Assembly: GCA_029258915.1 (NCBI GenBank)
Contig: JAPDJU010000012.1
Coordinates: forward strand, 53,149 to 117,148
Direction of reading: 5' to 3'
Length of the DNA stretch: 64,000 bases
Origin: Thermoproteota archaeon
GTDB taxonomy: Archaea; Thermoproteota; Thermoprotei_A; EX4484-217-1
In this document: positions 27,607 to 37,459 of the stretch, piece by piece
Position numbering within the stretch: the first letter of the stretch is position 1
Layout: the number at the start of each line of letters is the position of its first letter
Made by a program: the position numbers and the translations under genes
Notes under the pieces: generated by a model
Told to the model about the DNA's origin: nothing
Seen by the model: only the letters and a program-made list of their open reading frames with translations
The model's database searches: none

Positions 27607-28857
27607 GTGAATAGTGTAATGCAAAAATATCTAGTTTACATAGTAGTTTCATTAATAATCGGTTTAATTGTGGGTTCCGGTGTAACATTTGCTCTCGCAG
27701 GTGTAGCAGCTCCACAACAACCAGCATTACCGTCAGAAGTGCCAATAGGTGCATTACTGCCACTTTCAGGGGTGCTTTCGTCTTTTGGTGAAAAGTGGAA
27801 GCATAGTTTAGAATTAGCTGAAGAAGATATTAACGCATATGTATCTAAGCTTGGTCTAAATGTTAAATTTAAAATATATGTTGAGGATACAAAAACATCT
27901 CCTGAGGGAGCATTAGCAGCTTTACAAACGCTTTCAGCTAAAGGAATAAAGCTTGTTGTAGGTCCTGCTGCAAGCTCAGAAGTTGCAGCTATAAAGTCTC
28001 ATGCTGATGCTAATAAAATAGTTATATTTAGTCCATCTTCAACAGCCCCACAGTTAGCTATAAAGGATGACTACATATTTAGAGCTGTAACATCGGACGT
28101 ATATCAAGGCAAGGCTTTAGCCAGACTAATGTGGGAAAAAGGCGTTAGAAAAGTAGTCATAATGTATAGAGGAGATGACTGGGGTGTAGGATTATTTAAT
28201 GTAGTTAAAGCAAGGTTTGAAGAACTAGGAGGTCAAATAGAAGGAGTAAGATATGATCCTGAAGCACCGGAATTATCCACCGAGGTCAGAAGAGTTTCAG
28301 ACTATGTTAAGGAATTTGGTGCCGACGAAGAAACAGGAGTCCTATTTATATCTTTTGAAGACGATGGATTAAACATATTATCTCTTGCTAAAGAAGACCC
28401 CATTCTAACTAAGGTTAAATGGTTTGGAACAGATGGGATAGCCTATTCAACTAAAATAGCTAAACAAGTAGGTGATGTTGTTGAAAGTCTTGGAGTATTA
28501 GCAACAGTTTATTTACCTGAAGAATCCCCGAAGAAAGAACAGTTTAAGGAAAGATATAAGGAAAGATACGGTATAGAGCCGGATCCATATACTTATAACA
28601 TATATGATGCGGCTTGGATATTGGCATTAGCTGTTCTTGAAGCAGGAAAGTACGATGGTGAGGTTGTCGCTAAAGTTCTTCCAGAAATAGCATCAAGATA
28701 TTTCGGAGTTTCAGGATGGGTTCTTCTCGACAAAACAGGCGATAGAGTAGGAGAGAGATATGTAATAACAACTGTTGTAAGTGAAAATGGAGAGTTTGTT
28801 TGGAAAGATGTAGGCGTATACATAAGTCCTCTTGACAAAGTGGAGTTGTCGACGTAA
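27607..28857 (+). CDS. livK: Branched-chain amino acid ABC substrate-binding protein
   Basis: IGALLPLSG, EDTKTSP, SPSSTAP and YDAAW, with an N-terminal anchor. Confidence 0.85.
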   Translation: MNSVMQKYLVYIVVSLIIGLIVGSGVTFALAGVAAPQQPALPSEVPIGALLPLSGVLSSFGEKWKHSLELAEEDINAYVSKLGLNVKFKIYVEDTKTSPEGALAALQTLSAKGIKLVVGPAASSEVAAIKSHADANKIVIFSPSSTAPQLAIKDDYIFRAVTSDVYQGKALARLMWEKGVRKVVIMYRGDDWGVGLFNVVKARFEELGGQIEGVRYDPEAPELSTEVRRVSDYVKEFGADEETGVLFISFEDDGLNILSLAKEDPILTKVKWFGTDGIAYSTKIAKQVGDVVESLGVLATVYLPEESPKKEQFKERYKERYGIEPDPYTYNIYDAAWILALAVLEAGKYDGEVVAKVLPEIASRYFGVSGWVLLDKTGDRVGERYVITTVVSENGEFVWKDVGVYISPLDKVELST

Positions 28858-28922
28858 AGCAAATATACTATCTCTACATTTTTCATCTATCCCAAAATAC
28901 TGGAAAATAAATGGGATAGGTA

Positions 28923-29681
28923 ATGAGGGATCTGCTAAAAACCGAGAATGTAAAGAAGAAGTTCGGAGGGGTAATAGCACTTAATGGAGTTTCTGCTAGT
29001 GTAAAGAAACGTACTTTAACTATGATTATAGGTCCTAATGGTAGCGGCAAAACAACGTTAATCAACGTGATTTCAGGGATATATAAACCTGATGAAGGTA
29101 AAGTTGAGTATAATGGACTAGATATTACAGGTAAACCACCGCATGAAATATATAAAATGGGGATTGTTAGAACATTCCAAATACCCTTACTATTTACAAA
29201 CTTAACAGTTTTAGAAAACTTACTTGTAGCCGCCAGGATAAATGAGGGTGAAAGATTCTTAAACGCTATTTTTAAAACTAAATGGCTTAAACGAGAGGAA
29301 GAACTCGTAGAAAAAGCCTATAGAATACTTGAACTTTTAAACTTAGACCACCTATGGAATCAACCTGTTTTCAAACTAAGTGGAGGCCAAATGAAGCTTA
29401 TTGAAATAGGAAGAGCATTAATGAGTAATCCACGATTAGTTCTAATGGATGAACCTATTGCAGGTGTCAATCCTAAACTCGCACATGAAATATTTGACCA
29501 CATAGTTCAGTTAAAGAATAAACTGAGTTTATCCTTCTTAATAGTTGAACATAGGTTAGATGTAGCACTTAGATATGTTAACTACGTTTATGCTATGCAC
29601 AGAGGTAAGATAGTGGCTGAAGGAAAACCCGAAGAAGTACTTGAAAACCCTGAAGTTTCAAAAGCTTACTTAGGCGAATAA
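28923..29681 (+). CDS. livG: Branched-chain amino acid ABC ATPase
   Basis: KFGGVIAL, GPNGSGKT, RTFQ and C-terminal AYLGE. Confidence 0.9.
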   Translation: MRDLLKTENVKKKFGGVIALNGVSASVKKRTLTMIIGPNGSGKTTLINVISGIYKPDEGKVEYNGLDITGKPPHEIYKMGIVRTFQIPLLFTNLTVLENLLVAARINEGERFLNAIFKTKWLKREEELVEKAYRILELLNLDHLWNQPVFKLSGGQMKLIEIGRALMSNPRLVLMDEPIAGVNPKLAHEIFDHIVQLKNKLSLSFLIVEHRLDVALRYVNYVYAMHRGKIVAEGKPEEVLENPEVSKAYLGE

Positions 29682-29683
29682 AC

Positions 29684-30397
29684 ATGCCAAGTAGCATAAT
29701 TGCTCTTAACGACGTAAATGCAGGTTATGGGAAATTTCAGGTACTATTCGGAGTATCCATGGCGGCAGATTATAGGGAAATAACAGTTATTGTCGGACCG
29801 AATGGTAGCGGAAAATCAACATTGTTAAGAACTATATTTGGGCTTACGTCAATATACAGTGGTGAAGTAATATTTAAGAATATCAATATAACATCAAAGA
29901 AACCTCATGAAATAGCTAAACTGGGTATAGCCTATTTACCTCAACTTGAAAACGTTTTCCTAAACCTTACAGTCAAGGAGAACATACTATTAGCGACATA
30001 TATTCATGAGGGAGAAACCATGGATATCGAAGAAGCGATAGGCCTTTTTCCGCAGCTTAAAGCATTATTTGAAAGAAAAGCTTCAACGCTAAGTGGTGGA
30101 GAAAGGCAAATGCTAGCAATGACAATGGCCCTCCTTAGAAAACCATCGTTAATGCTTTTAGACGAACCAACGGCAAATATGGCACCTAAAATAGCTAAAT
30201 TAATATTTGAAAAAATAATTGAGCTAAAAGAAAACTATAACATCCCTGTTATTCTCGTTGAGCAAAACGCTAAAAAAGCTCTTGAAATAGGTGATAAAGC
30301 ATATCTCCTTGTAGCTGGAAGAAAAATATTCGAAGGATTACCGCAAGAACTTCTTGAAAAACCCGACCTAACGAAAGTTTATTTGGGTATAGATTAA
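29684..30397 (+). CDS. livF: Branched-chain amino acid ABC ATPase
   Basis: AGYG, GPNGSGKS, LSGGERQML and VEQN. Confidence 0.9.
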   Translation: MPSSIIALNDVNAGYGKFQVLFGVSMAADYREITVIVGPNGSGKSTLLRTIFGLTSIYSGEVIFKNINITSKKPHEIAKLGIAYLPQLENVFLNLTVKENILLATYIHEGETMDIEEAIGLFPQLKALFERKASTLSGGERQMLAMTMALLRKPSLMLLDEPTANMAPKIAKLIFEKIIELKENYNIPVILVEQNAKKALEIGDKAYLLVAGRKIFEGLPQELLEKPDLTKVYLGID

Positions 30398-30457
30398 GAA
30401 TTTAAAAATCGGATTTTATATTTTAAATTTAGAATTTCAGTTAGGTAATGCTATAAC

Positions 30458-31234
30458 ATGGTTACTGCTGAATATAAGGAACGTATAAGAGAACTTTATG
30501 ATAAAATAGCGCCAGAATATGATATATCAAGCAAACTTTACATAACTAGAATTATGGAGCGTTGCGAGGAAAAAGTAATTTATAAAATACTTAGGAATAA
30601 AAGTTTTCCAAAAAGCTTAGATATAGGCTCTGGAACGGGAAGATACATTCCCTTACTTTCCAAAATATCAAAATATATTGTAGCCTTAGACTTCAGCTTA
30701 AACATGCTTCAAATACTAAAGAAAAAACATAGACACTGCAAAAATTTAGACATAATATGTGCAGATGCTGAACATCCTCCCTTTAGAGAGAAAACATTTG
30801 ACTTTATATTTTCAACTTTAACATTTGACCATATACCAAACTTTGAACTCATGCTAGAAGAAATATTTAGATTATTGAAAAACGAGAGAATGTTTATTGT
30901 ATCATCATTTAACGAAAAATTATTAGAAAGATATAGGAGAAATCATGGCATACCGGAAAACACCATAGACTTTGAAACAGAAAATGTACCCAAAACCTAC
31001 ATTTATGAGAAAGGCCATACGCCTGAAGAATTAACTCCTATATTTAAAAAGATAGGATTCAAGAATATAATAGTTATTAGCTGCTGCTTATGGCCGGTAC
31101 TTTTAAGCATACTACCTAAGGGAATTAGAAGTAAAGTGCTAAGAGTATATGGTCCATTAATAGATAAGGTGCTTCGTTTATTCCGCTCGTTTAGAGAAAA
31201 CGCTCTTCTCTATATTTACCTGGTTAAAGCTTAA
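30458..31234 (+). CDS. Class I SAM-dependent methyltransferase
   Basis: LDIGSGTG, LDFSLNML, ADAEHPPF and FDFIFS. Confidence 0.88.
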   Translation: MVTAEYKERIRELYDKIAPEYDISSKLYITRIMERCEEKVIYKILRNKSFPKSLDIGSGTGRYIPLLSKISKYIVALDFSLNMLQILKKKHRHCKNLDIICADAEHPPFREKTFDFIFSTLTFDHIPNFELMLEEIFRLLKNERMFIVSSFNEKLLERYRRNHGIPENTIDFETENVPKTYIYEKGHTPEELTPIFKKIGFKNIIVISCCLWPVLLSILPKGIRSKVLRVYGPLIDKVLRLFRSFRENALLYIYLVKA

Positions 31235-31277
31235 AGACTGGTTTCCTATAATACAAGTTATGGTATAAGAATGCGGT

Positions 31278-32324
31278 TTGATAGTAATGTATAAGAAAAT
31301 AGCTATTGTTGGTGCAGGTTCTGCTGGTGCTTTTCTGGCTTCCCTCCTTTCTCAAGCTGGAGCAAATGTTAATATCTATGAGAAATCTAGGAAAATAGGA
31401 TGTTTTTGTGCTTGGGGAACTATAGAATCTGAGCTTAAAAACTTACTTAAATATGTTGGTTTAAACTTTGAAGACTACATTTTATCTAAAGTTAAGAGAA
31501 TTATTGTTGACGATATAGAACTTAAGGTAACAAACCTCGTAACTTTCAATAAACCTAAGCTAATATATGATCTAATTAAAGGTTTAAGGGTTTTAAGAGT
31601 AGAAGCAACTAAGGAGATTGCTGGAAAATACGACTTAGTAATAGATGCTACAGGTTATAAAAGAAGCCTTTTACCAAAACTGAAGAATGATCTCTTAACA
31701 CCAACTATTGAATATGTTATTAGAACCAAAGACCTTGATGAAAATACGATATACATTAAGTTCGGTAAAATAGGTTATGCGTGGATATTTCCTATGGGTG
31801 ATGGTTATTGGCATATAGGCGCAGGAGATATCATAGTTAATCCTATATTGCTTGTTAAGAAAATATTTAAGAAATTCAATATTAAGGGTAAGGTAACATG
31901 TTCATGTGAAAGCTATATACGGTCTAAACCTCCAGCATATTGTAAGCCCATGGTTTACCGTAATATAGTTGGATGCGGTGAAAGTGTGGGTACAGTTTTC
32001 CCAATAACTGGTGAGGGAATAGCTCACTCCATGAAATGTTCTTTAATCCTCTTTAACCACATATTAAATGATGGATATTTGAAAAAATATGAAGAAGCTG
32101 TTATAAAGGAGTTTAAATGGTTTAACTCCATATTTAAACTTACATGGCTCTTAACTGGGTCCAGATTTAAACTTGTTTTACCTCTTTTGAAAAGCTCGCT
32201 GTCAATATTAAAATACGCTAAAAGATTTGGTGCTAAACCAGCTGCTGTTGTCAGAGCACTAGCTAAATTATTATTAAGAAGAAAAAATTTAGCTAAATAT
32301 GAATTATTGGAAGCTCCTTTATAG
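31278..32324 (+). CDS. Geranylgeranyl-reductase-like FAD oxidoreductase
   Basis: IVGAGSAG, IDATG, GYAWIFP and GESVG..PITGEGI. Confidence 0.8.
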   Translation: MIVMYKKIAIVGAGSAGAFLASLLSQAGANVNIYEKSRKIGCFCAWGTIESELKNLLKYVGLNFEDYILSKVKRIIVDDIELKVTNLVTFNKPKLIYDLIKGLRVLRVEATKEIAGKYDLVIDATGYKRSLLPKLKNDLLTPTIEYVIRTKDLDENTIYIKFGKIGYAWIFPMGDGYWHIGAGDIIVNPILLVKKIFKKFNIKGKVTCSCESYIRSKPPAYCKPMVYRNIVGCGESVGTVFPITGEGIAHSMKCSLILFNHILNDGYLKKYEEAVIKEFKWFNSIFKLTWLLTGSRFKLVLPLLKSSLSILKYAKRFGAKPAAVVRALAKLLLRRKNLAKYELLEAPL

Positions 32325-32748
32325 ATCTCATGACAAGTGATGTACTTGTCGATAAGACGCCTTCTATTTGCCCTAAAATGTCCAGTATTCTAGCTAATCC
32401 CTCATTGTCTGTGGCATAAACTTTAGCTACCGCAGAATATTCTCCTGTAATATCATATAGTTCTACTACTTCCTTAATTTTAGAAATTTTTTCTAAAGCT
32501 TCATTATGCTTTTTAGGATCAGTCTTAATAAACACATAGGCTCTAATATTAAAACCTAATTTAGCAGGATCAACTATAGCAATAATGGATTTAATGTACC
32601 CTAGTTCCTTTAACCTTTTTACTCTAAGATGAACAGTTGAGGGACTAACATCGACTTCTTTAGCTATTTCAGCATATGTTAAATCAGCGTTCTTTTGTAA
32701 TATATTCAGAATTCTCTTATCAAGGTCATCGATAATATATTTAGCCAA
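32293..32748 (-). CDS. Lrp/AsnC family transcriptional regulator
   Basis: IDDLDKRILNILQKNA..EIAKEV..VHLRVKRL..G.I and YDITGEY. Confidence 0.92.
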   Translation of the reverse strand: MAKYIIDDLDKRILNILQKNADLTYAEIAKEVDVSPSTVHLRVKRLKELGYIKSIIAIVDPAKLGFNIRAYVFIKTDPKKHNEALEKISKIKEVVELYDITGEYSAVAKVYATDNEGLARILDILGQIEGVLSTSTSLVMRSIKELPIIHI

Positions 32749-32939
32749 ATCTAACCACCAAGTAGAAAATTTGCAATACTAATAAATATAATTTCTCAAA
32801 ATATTGAAAATAGAAAATTAGAAAAATAGTTGATTCTATTTTTAATAGATTAACTTAACTATTGGCAAAAGTAGTTAAGAATACTTTAAATACACCTTAA
32901 AATAAATGAAATATTGTTCGAAACACTATGGTGTAGCTT

Positions 32940-33512
32940 ATGCAGTATTTGAGTACTTGGAAAATAATGTTTCCTGTCATACTCTTAGTTATAGGAATTA
33001 TTATAGGATTGCTTATAGGCTATATGCTGCTAACTCAATGTTACGGTGCTTTAAATGAAACATTAGATAGCGTAAAGGAGATTACTGAAGAATATGAAAA
33101 ACTAGGCTATAGTTATAAACTATCATTGATTCTTGACGCTATAGAGCTTGCTCAATGGAATTCTCTATCAGCTGCTCATACATTAAGCCTTAAGCTTATC
33201 ATGCAGGAAATTAATGTAACCCCATATGATGTAAAACCTGAACTTTACGTTTTAAGAGTAAAGGAAATACTGAGTGATAGAATAAACATGTTTAAAAACG
33301 TAAAACCACCAGAACATGTGAAAGAAGAACATCTAAAGATACTAGTGCTGCTAAATCAGCTAAGTGATGAAGTTGAAGACCTATACAAAGTTTCTATAAA
33401 GGTAACTTTAGAACCAGAAGATATAAGCGACGCTAAGAAAATTGTAAATGAAATACTTGACATCACAGGGGAAATAAGAAAAGAAATAGAATATATAACT
33501 TCTAATCTCTAA
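32940..33512 (+). CDS. Membrane-anchored helical hypothetical protein
   Basis: N-terminal transmembrane helix followed by an acidic helical domain. Confidence 0.65.
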   Translation: MQYLSTWKIMFPVILLVIGIIIGLLIGYMLLTQCYGALNETLDSVKEITEEYEKLGYSYKLSLILDAIELAQWNSLSAAHTLSLKLIMQEINVTPYDVKPELYVLRVKEILSDRINMFKNVKPPEHVKEEHLKILVLLNQLSDEVEDLYKVSIKVTLEPEDISDAKKIVNEILDITGEIRKEIEYITSNL

Positions 33513-33547
33513 ATTAACAGCTAAGTTTTCAATAAAAATATTTAAGA

Positions 33548-34621
33548 TTATGTTTTAGGTTCTCCCATGGTCATGGACATAACTGCCTTCTGCACATGTA
33601 GCCTATTTTCTGCTTCTTCAAAGTACAGAGATTTCTTGTATGCATCTAAAACTTCATCTGTTACTTCCTGACCTCTATCTGCTGGTCCACAGTGCATGTA
33701 ATATGGTTTTCCAGTTTCTTCTAGAAGATCTAATGTTACTATCCAGTTCTTGAACTTATTTTGATATGCTTTAGCTCCTTCCTTATCTACAACTTCATTA
33801 TATGGTGGGAAAAACCTTCTGGGACTCCATGCTTTCGGATATACGAACGTAGCCCCTTCAAAAGCTTCCTTCATATCGTGAGTTACTGTTAGGCTTCCAC
33901 CGTACTGGTCAACTAGTTCCTTGGCTTTCCTCATTACTTCATCCATTAGCTCAAATCCTGGTGGATGAGCTATAACAACTTCTGCTCCAAACATGGCAGC
34001 AATTAATGTTACACTTTGAGGTACAGCTAAAGGTTTAAGCCCGCCAGAATACGCATAGCTTACTACAAACTTTTTGCCTCTTAAATCTTTAGGCCATCCA
34101 AGAGCTTCTAAAGCTGCCATAATGTCCGCTAGCGCTTGGAACGGATGATATACATCATCTTCCATGTTAAGTACCGGTATTGTAGCCCATTTAGCAAACT
34201 CGTTAATAACCCTGTGACCTCTGCCAATAATCCACTTTGCTGCATCACCGTATATTCTAATAGCTATTGCGTTACCATACCTGCTAAGAACTCTTGCAAC
34301 ATCACCAATAGCCTCTGTTTTGTAGGGTATCATATCTTCAGGCAGAGTTGGTGTGTAGACATCTTGTGGGCTAAGGAAGTGTGCATGGCCGCCTAGCTGG
34401 AACATGCCTGCTTCAAAACTATTTCTTGTCCTCAACGATCTGTTATAGAATAGCATAAACAATGTTTTACCTTGTAAATAGGGTGTTGGCATACCCTTAG
34501 AAAACTTCTCTTTAAGATCTTTAGCTGCCTCAATAACCTTTTTTACTTCCTCTTGTGTATAGTCTATGTTCTTTAGCCAATCTCTACCTTTAAAATATCC
34601 CACATACCAGGGTGTGCTCAA
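33548..34621 (-). CDS. YgeW-like (knotted-type) carbamoyltransferase, paralog 2
   Basis: RSLRTR carbamoyl-P motif, HPFQ, YAYSGGLKPLAVPQS (compare YgeW WAYSPSYGKPLSVPQG), YPKAW and HCGP. TTG start with GAGGTGA SD. Confidence 0.85.
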   Translation of the reverse strand: MSTPWYVGYFKGRDWLKNIDYTQEEVKKVIEAAKDLKEKFSKGMPTPYLQGKTLFMLFYNRSLRTRNSFEAGMFQLGGHAHFLSPQDVYTPTLPEDMIPYKTEAIGDVARVLSRYGNAIAIRIYGDAAKWIIGRGHRVINEFAKWATIPVLNMEDDVYHPFQALADIMAALEALGWPKDLRGKKFVVSYAYSGGLKPLAVPQSVTLIAAMFGAEVVIAHPPGFELMDEVMRKAKELVDQYGGSLTVTHDMKEAFEGATFVYPKAWSPRRFFPPYNEVVDKEGAKAYQNKFKNWIVTLDLLEETGKPYYMHCGPADRGQEVTDEVLDAYKKSLYFEEAENRLHVQKAVMSMTMGEPKT

Positions 34622-34813
34622 AGCTTTTCACCTCGGAGGGGACACTAAGGTATAGTATTTAAGAGTATTAAAATTCTATTATAAACCTAAACATAACTTC
34701 TAAATTAGAAACGGTAACGTATTTTTAAATGGTTTATAATAAAAAAGGAGGCCATGGAATACATGGTTAAGTAAGAAAATAAAGTCTATTACAGTTATTC
34801 TTTCTTCTTACCT

Positions 34814-35857
34814 CTAAACTAAGCCACCCATGGTTAATACGAGGATAGCGGCTTTAGTGAATAAATTGTTTTCTGCCTGTTCGTAAATTACAGATCTCGA
34901 AGAGTCCATTACAGCATCGTCTGCTTCATAGTCTCTAAGGACTGGAAGCACATGAGTTATTATGCCATGGTCGTCCATTAAATCAAGGTCTTCAACTTTA
35001 AGCCTCCAGTCACGATATTTCTTATATATCTCTAACTCCTCCTTACCGAAAGCTGCAGCTCCAAGTTCAGCAAGTTTTCTTGAACACCAGCTTCTTGGAA
35101 ATACAACATGGGCTCCTTGAAGTGCTTCCCTATAGTCGTTAACAAATTCTACTGAGCCTCCGCTTTCTTTAGCATTTTGTTTAGCCCATTCAATATATTT
35201 TTCTGGAAGCTCAAAGCCTGGTGGATGAGCTATAACAACATCCATACCGAACCTTGTTGCTATAAGCATGTCCGCGTTAATACTGCAATATCCTCTGATT
35301 ATTGGAGCATAAGCCCACATAATAACGAATTTTTTACCTTCCACATTACCTAGTTTTTCCTCTACAGTCATAATGTCTCCAAGTGCTTGGGTTGGATGTT
35401 CCTGATCATCAGCCATGTTAATAACTGGTACTCTTGCATGTTTAGCAAATTCTCTGATAACTTTATGTCCTTCACCATACTTATAGTCTATTGCCTTGTC
35501 TAAAATTCTAATACCTACACCATTGCCAAATATTTCGTACATTTTAGCGAGGTCTTTTAGTGCTTCACCCTCCTTAACTCTAGTCATTCTAGCTTCAACA
35601 TACTGTGCGTGACCTCCAAGCAGTGTCATTGCCGTTTCAAAAGCAGCCCTAGTTCTAGTTGATGGCGCATAAAATAACATTATGAAAGTTTTCTTTTCAA
35701 GATAATTAGGTAACCCCTTGGCCCCTCTGTAATAATACAGTCTTTTAAGTTCTTGAGCCAGTTCGATAGCCGCCCTTAGTTCCTCTATAGTCCATTCTTG
35801 CGTAGTTACTAGGTCTTTACCAACAAGATCTGAAATTGTAGATTTAAGGAAAACCAT
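34814..35857 (-). CDS. YgeW-like carbamoyltransferase, paralog 1
   Basis: PSTRTR, HPTQ, MWAYAP, TRFGMDVVIAHPPGFEL, FPRSW and HVLP. Confidence 0.85.
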   Translation of the reverse strand: MVFLKSTISDLVGKDLVTTQEWTIEELRAAIELAQELKRLYYYRGAKGLPNYLEKKTFIMLFYAPSTRTRAAFETAMTLLGGHAQYVEARMTRVKEGEALKDLAKMYEIFGNGVGIRILDKAIDYKYGEGHKVIREFAKHARVPVINMADDQEHPTQALGDIMTVEEKLGNVEGKKFVIMWAYAPIIRGYCSINADMLIATRFGMDVVIAHPPGFELPEKYIEWAKQNAKESGGSVEFVNDYREALQGAHVVFPRSWCSRKLAELGAAAFGKEELEIYKKYRDWRLKVEDLDLMDDHGIITHVLPVLRDYEADDAVMDSSRSVIYEQAENNLFTKAAILVLTMGGLV

Positions 35858-36020
35858 TTTTCGGAAACACCTCTAATAAATAGATAGTATTAAAAACTTT
35901 ATAGGTATCGTAAGTTAGCTTGTTTGCCTTAGTATACGAGAATTCGCTGAGATATCTCAATGGGTAAGCAAAGGAGAGAAAACACATGGAAAAATTGGTT
36001 TTCATGAAGTAGTATAATTC

Positions 36021-37283
36021 TTAAGCATAACGCTCTCTTAAAGTTTTTTCGAAATCTTCAAGTTTAGGCTCTATTTTCGGTGCATCACCACTTACTTTCT
36101 TAACTATATCGGGATCCTTTAGACCATGCCCGGTTATCAGTACCACTACAGTATCTCCTCTATCTATAGTTCTCTCCTCCAGCAACTTCATGTACCCTGC
36201 TAAACTAGCTACACCCGAGGGCTCGGCAAATATTCCTTCGTACTTTGCAAGCATTTTCATAGCCTTAAGTATGAGTTCATCACTTACCTCTTCGGCTACA
36301 CCATTTGTTTCATGTAGCGCCTTTAAACCTCCATCATGATCCCAAGGATACGGATCTTCGAGACCTGTAGCTATTGTTTCAGGTTTAGGCCAAGGCTTTA
36401 CCTTAAATGCTTCAGCTTTCTCATTCCACGCTCTAACGAAAGGCGGATTTCCTGTAGACTGAATTGCAGCTAATTTAGGTAAGTTATCAATAAATCCTAG
36501 TTCCTTAAAGTCTCTAAACCCTTTCCAAACACTTGTAAGTAATGCAGCAGCACCTACAGGCACTATAACCCAGTCGGGAATATTCCAATTTAGCTGTTCA
36601 ACTACTTCATATGATATTGTTTTTGGCCCCTCAATTTGATACGGGTTGAAAGGTCCGAAGCTTGGACTAGGATACCATCCATACTTTTCATAAGTTAGCT
36701 TCATCATTTTCACCGTAGGATCTTCTTTGCCAAGTCCTTTAACTCTGAATACTTTAGCACCATAGAATAATAATTGTGCAACCTTACCGTAACCTGCTTC
36801 TTCAATTACAAAAGCATATGTTTCTAGGCCTGCTTTAGCACTGTAAGCAGCTAACGCTGCTGCAGCATTACCGCTCGAAGCAGTAACTGTAACTTTATAG
36901 CCGAACTCAACAGCCATACTAACTGCAACAGACATACCACGGTCTTTAAAGCTTCCAGTAGGATTTCTTGTCTCATCCTTTAAGTACAGGTTTTTAACCC
37001 TAAGTTCTTCAGCAAGCCTTTTCGCCTTAATTAGAGGTGTTCCCCCTTCACCTAAAGTTACTATGTTCTTATCTTCGCTTACAGGCATTAACTCCCTATA
37101 CCGCCACATGTAAAATCTTCTTTTCTCAAGAATATGCTTTGAAAACACTTCCTTTACTTTCTTATAATCGTAATATATGTCTAACCTACCTAAGTCCTTG
37201 TTTTCGCAAACAATAGGTTTCTGATCTAAGTAGTAGACTTTACCACATCTGCTGCATTTCAAGTATTTAACGTAGGAAACCAT
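36021..37283 (-). CDS. Threonine-synthase-like fold-type II PLP enzyme
   Basis: LGEGGTPL, NPTGSFKDRG, ASSGNA, EGPKT, EGIFAEPS and TGHGLKD. Confidence 0.88.
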   Translation of the reverse strand: MVSYVKYLKCSRCGKVYYLDQKPIVCENKDLGRLDIYYDYKKVKEVFSKHILEKRRFYMWRYRELMPVSEDKNIVTLGEGGTPLIKAKRLAEELRVKNLYLKDETRNPTGSFKDRGMSVAVSMAVEFGYKVTVTASSGNAAAALAAYSAKAGLETYAFVIEEAGYGKVAQLLFYGAKVFRVKGLGKEDPTVKMMKLTYEKYGWYPSPSFGPFNPYQIEGPKTISYEVVEQLNWNIPDWVIVPVGAAALLTSVWKGFRDFKELGFIDNLPKLAAIQSTGNPPFVRAWNEKAEAFKVKPWPKPETIATGLEDPYPWDHDGGLKALHETNGVAEEVSDELILKAMKMLAKYEGIFAEPSGVASLAGYMKLLEERTIDRGDTVVVLITGHGLKDPDIVKKVSGDAPKIEPKLEDFEKTLRERYA

Positions 37284-37459
37284 ATTTTACCCCAATATAG
37301 TAAACAAGCCGATGCTTATTATAATTGTTTTTAAAGGAATAATTAAATATAGACTGAAGAGGACCTGGTTAGAGGTTTTGCTGCATATTTAAATGAATAC
37401 TTATATACATCTTTATTTGAAACTATTTATTATACAAAATTCTTAGAGGATGTAAAATC

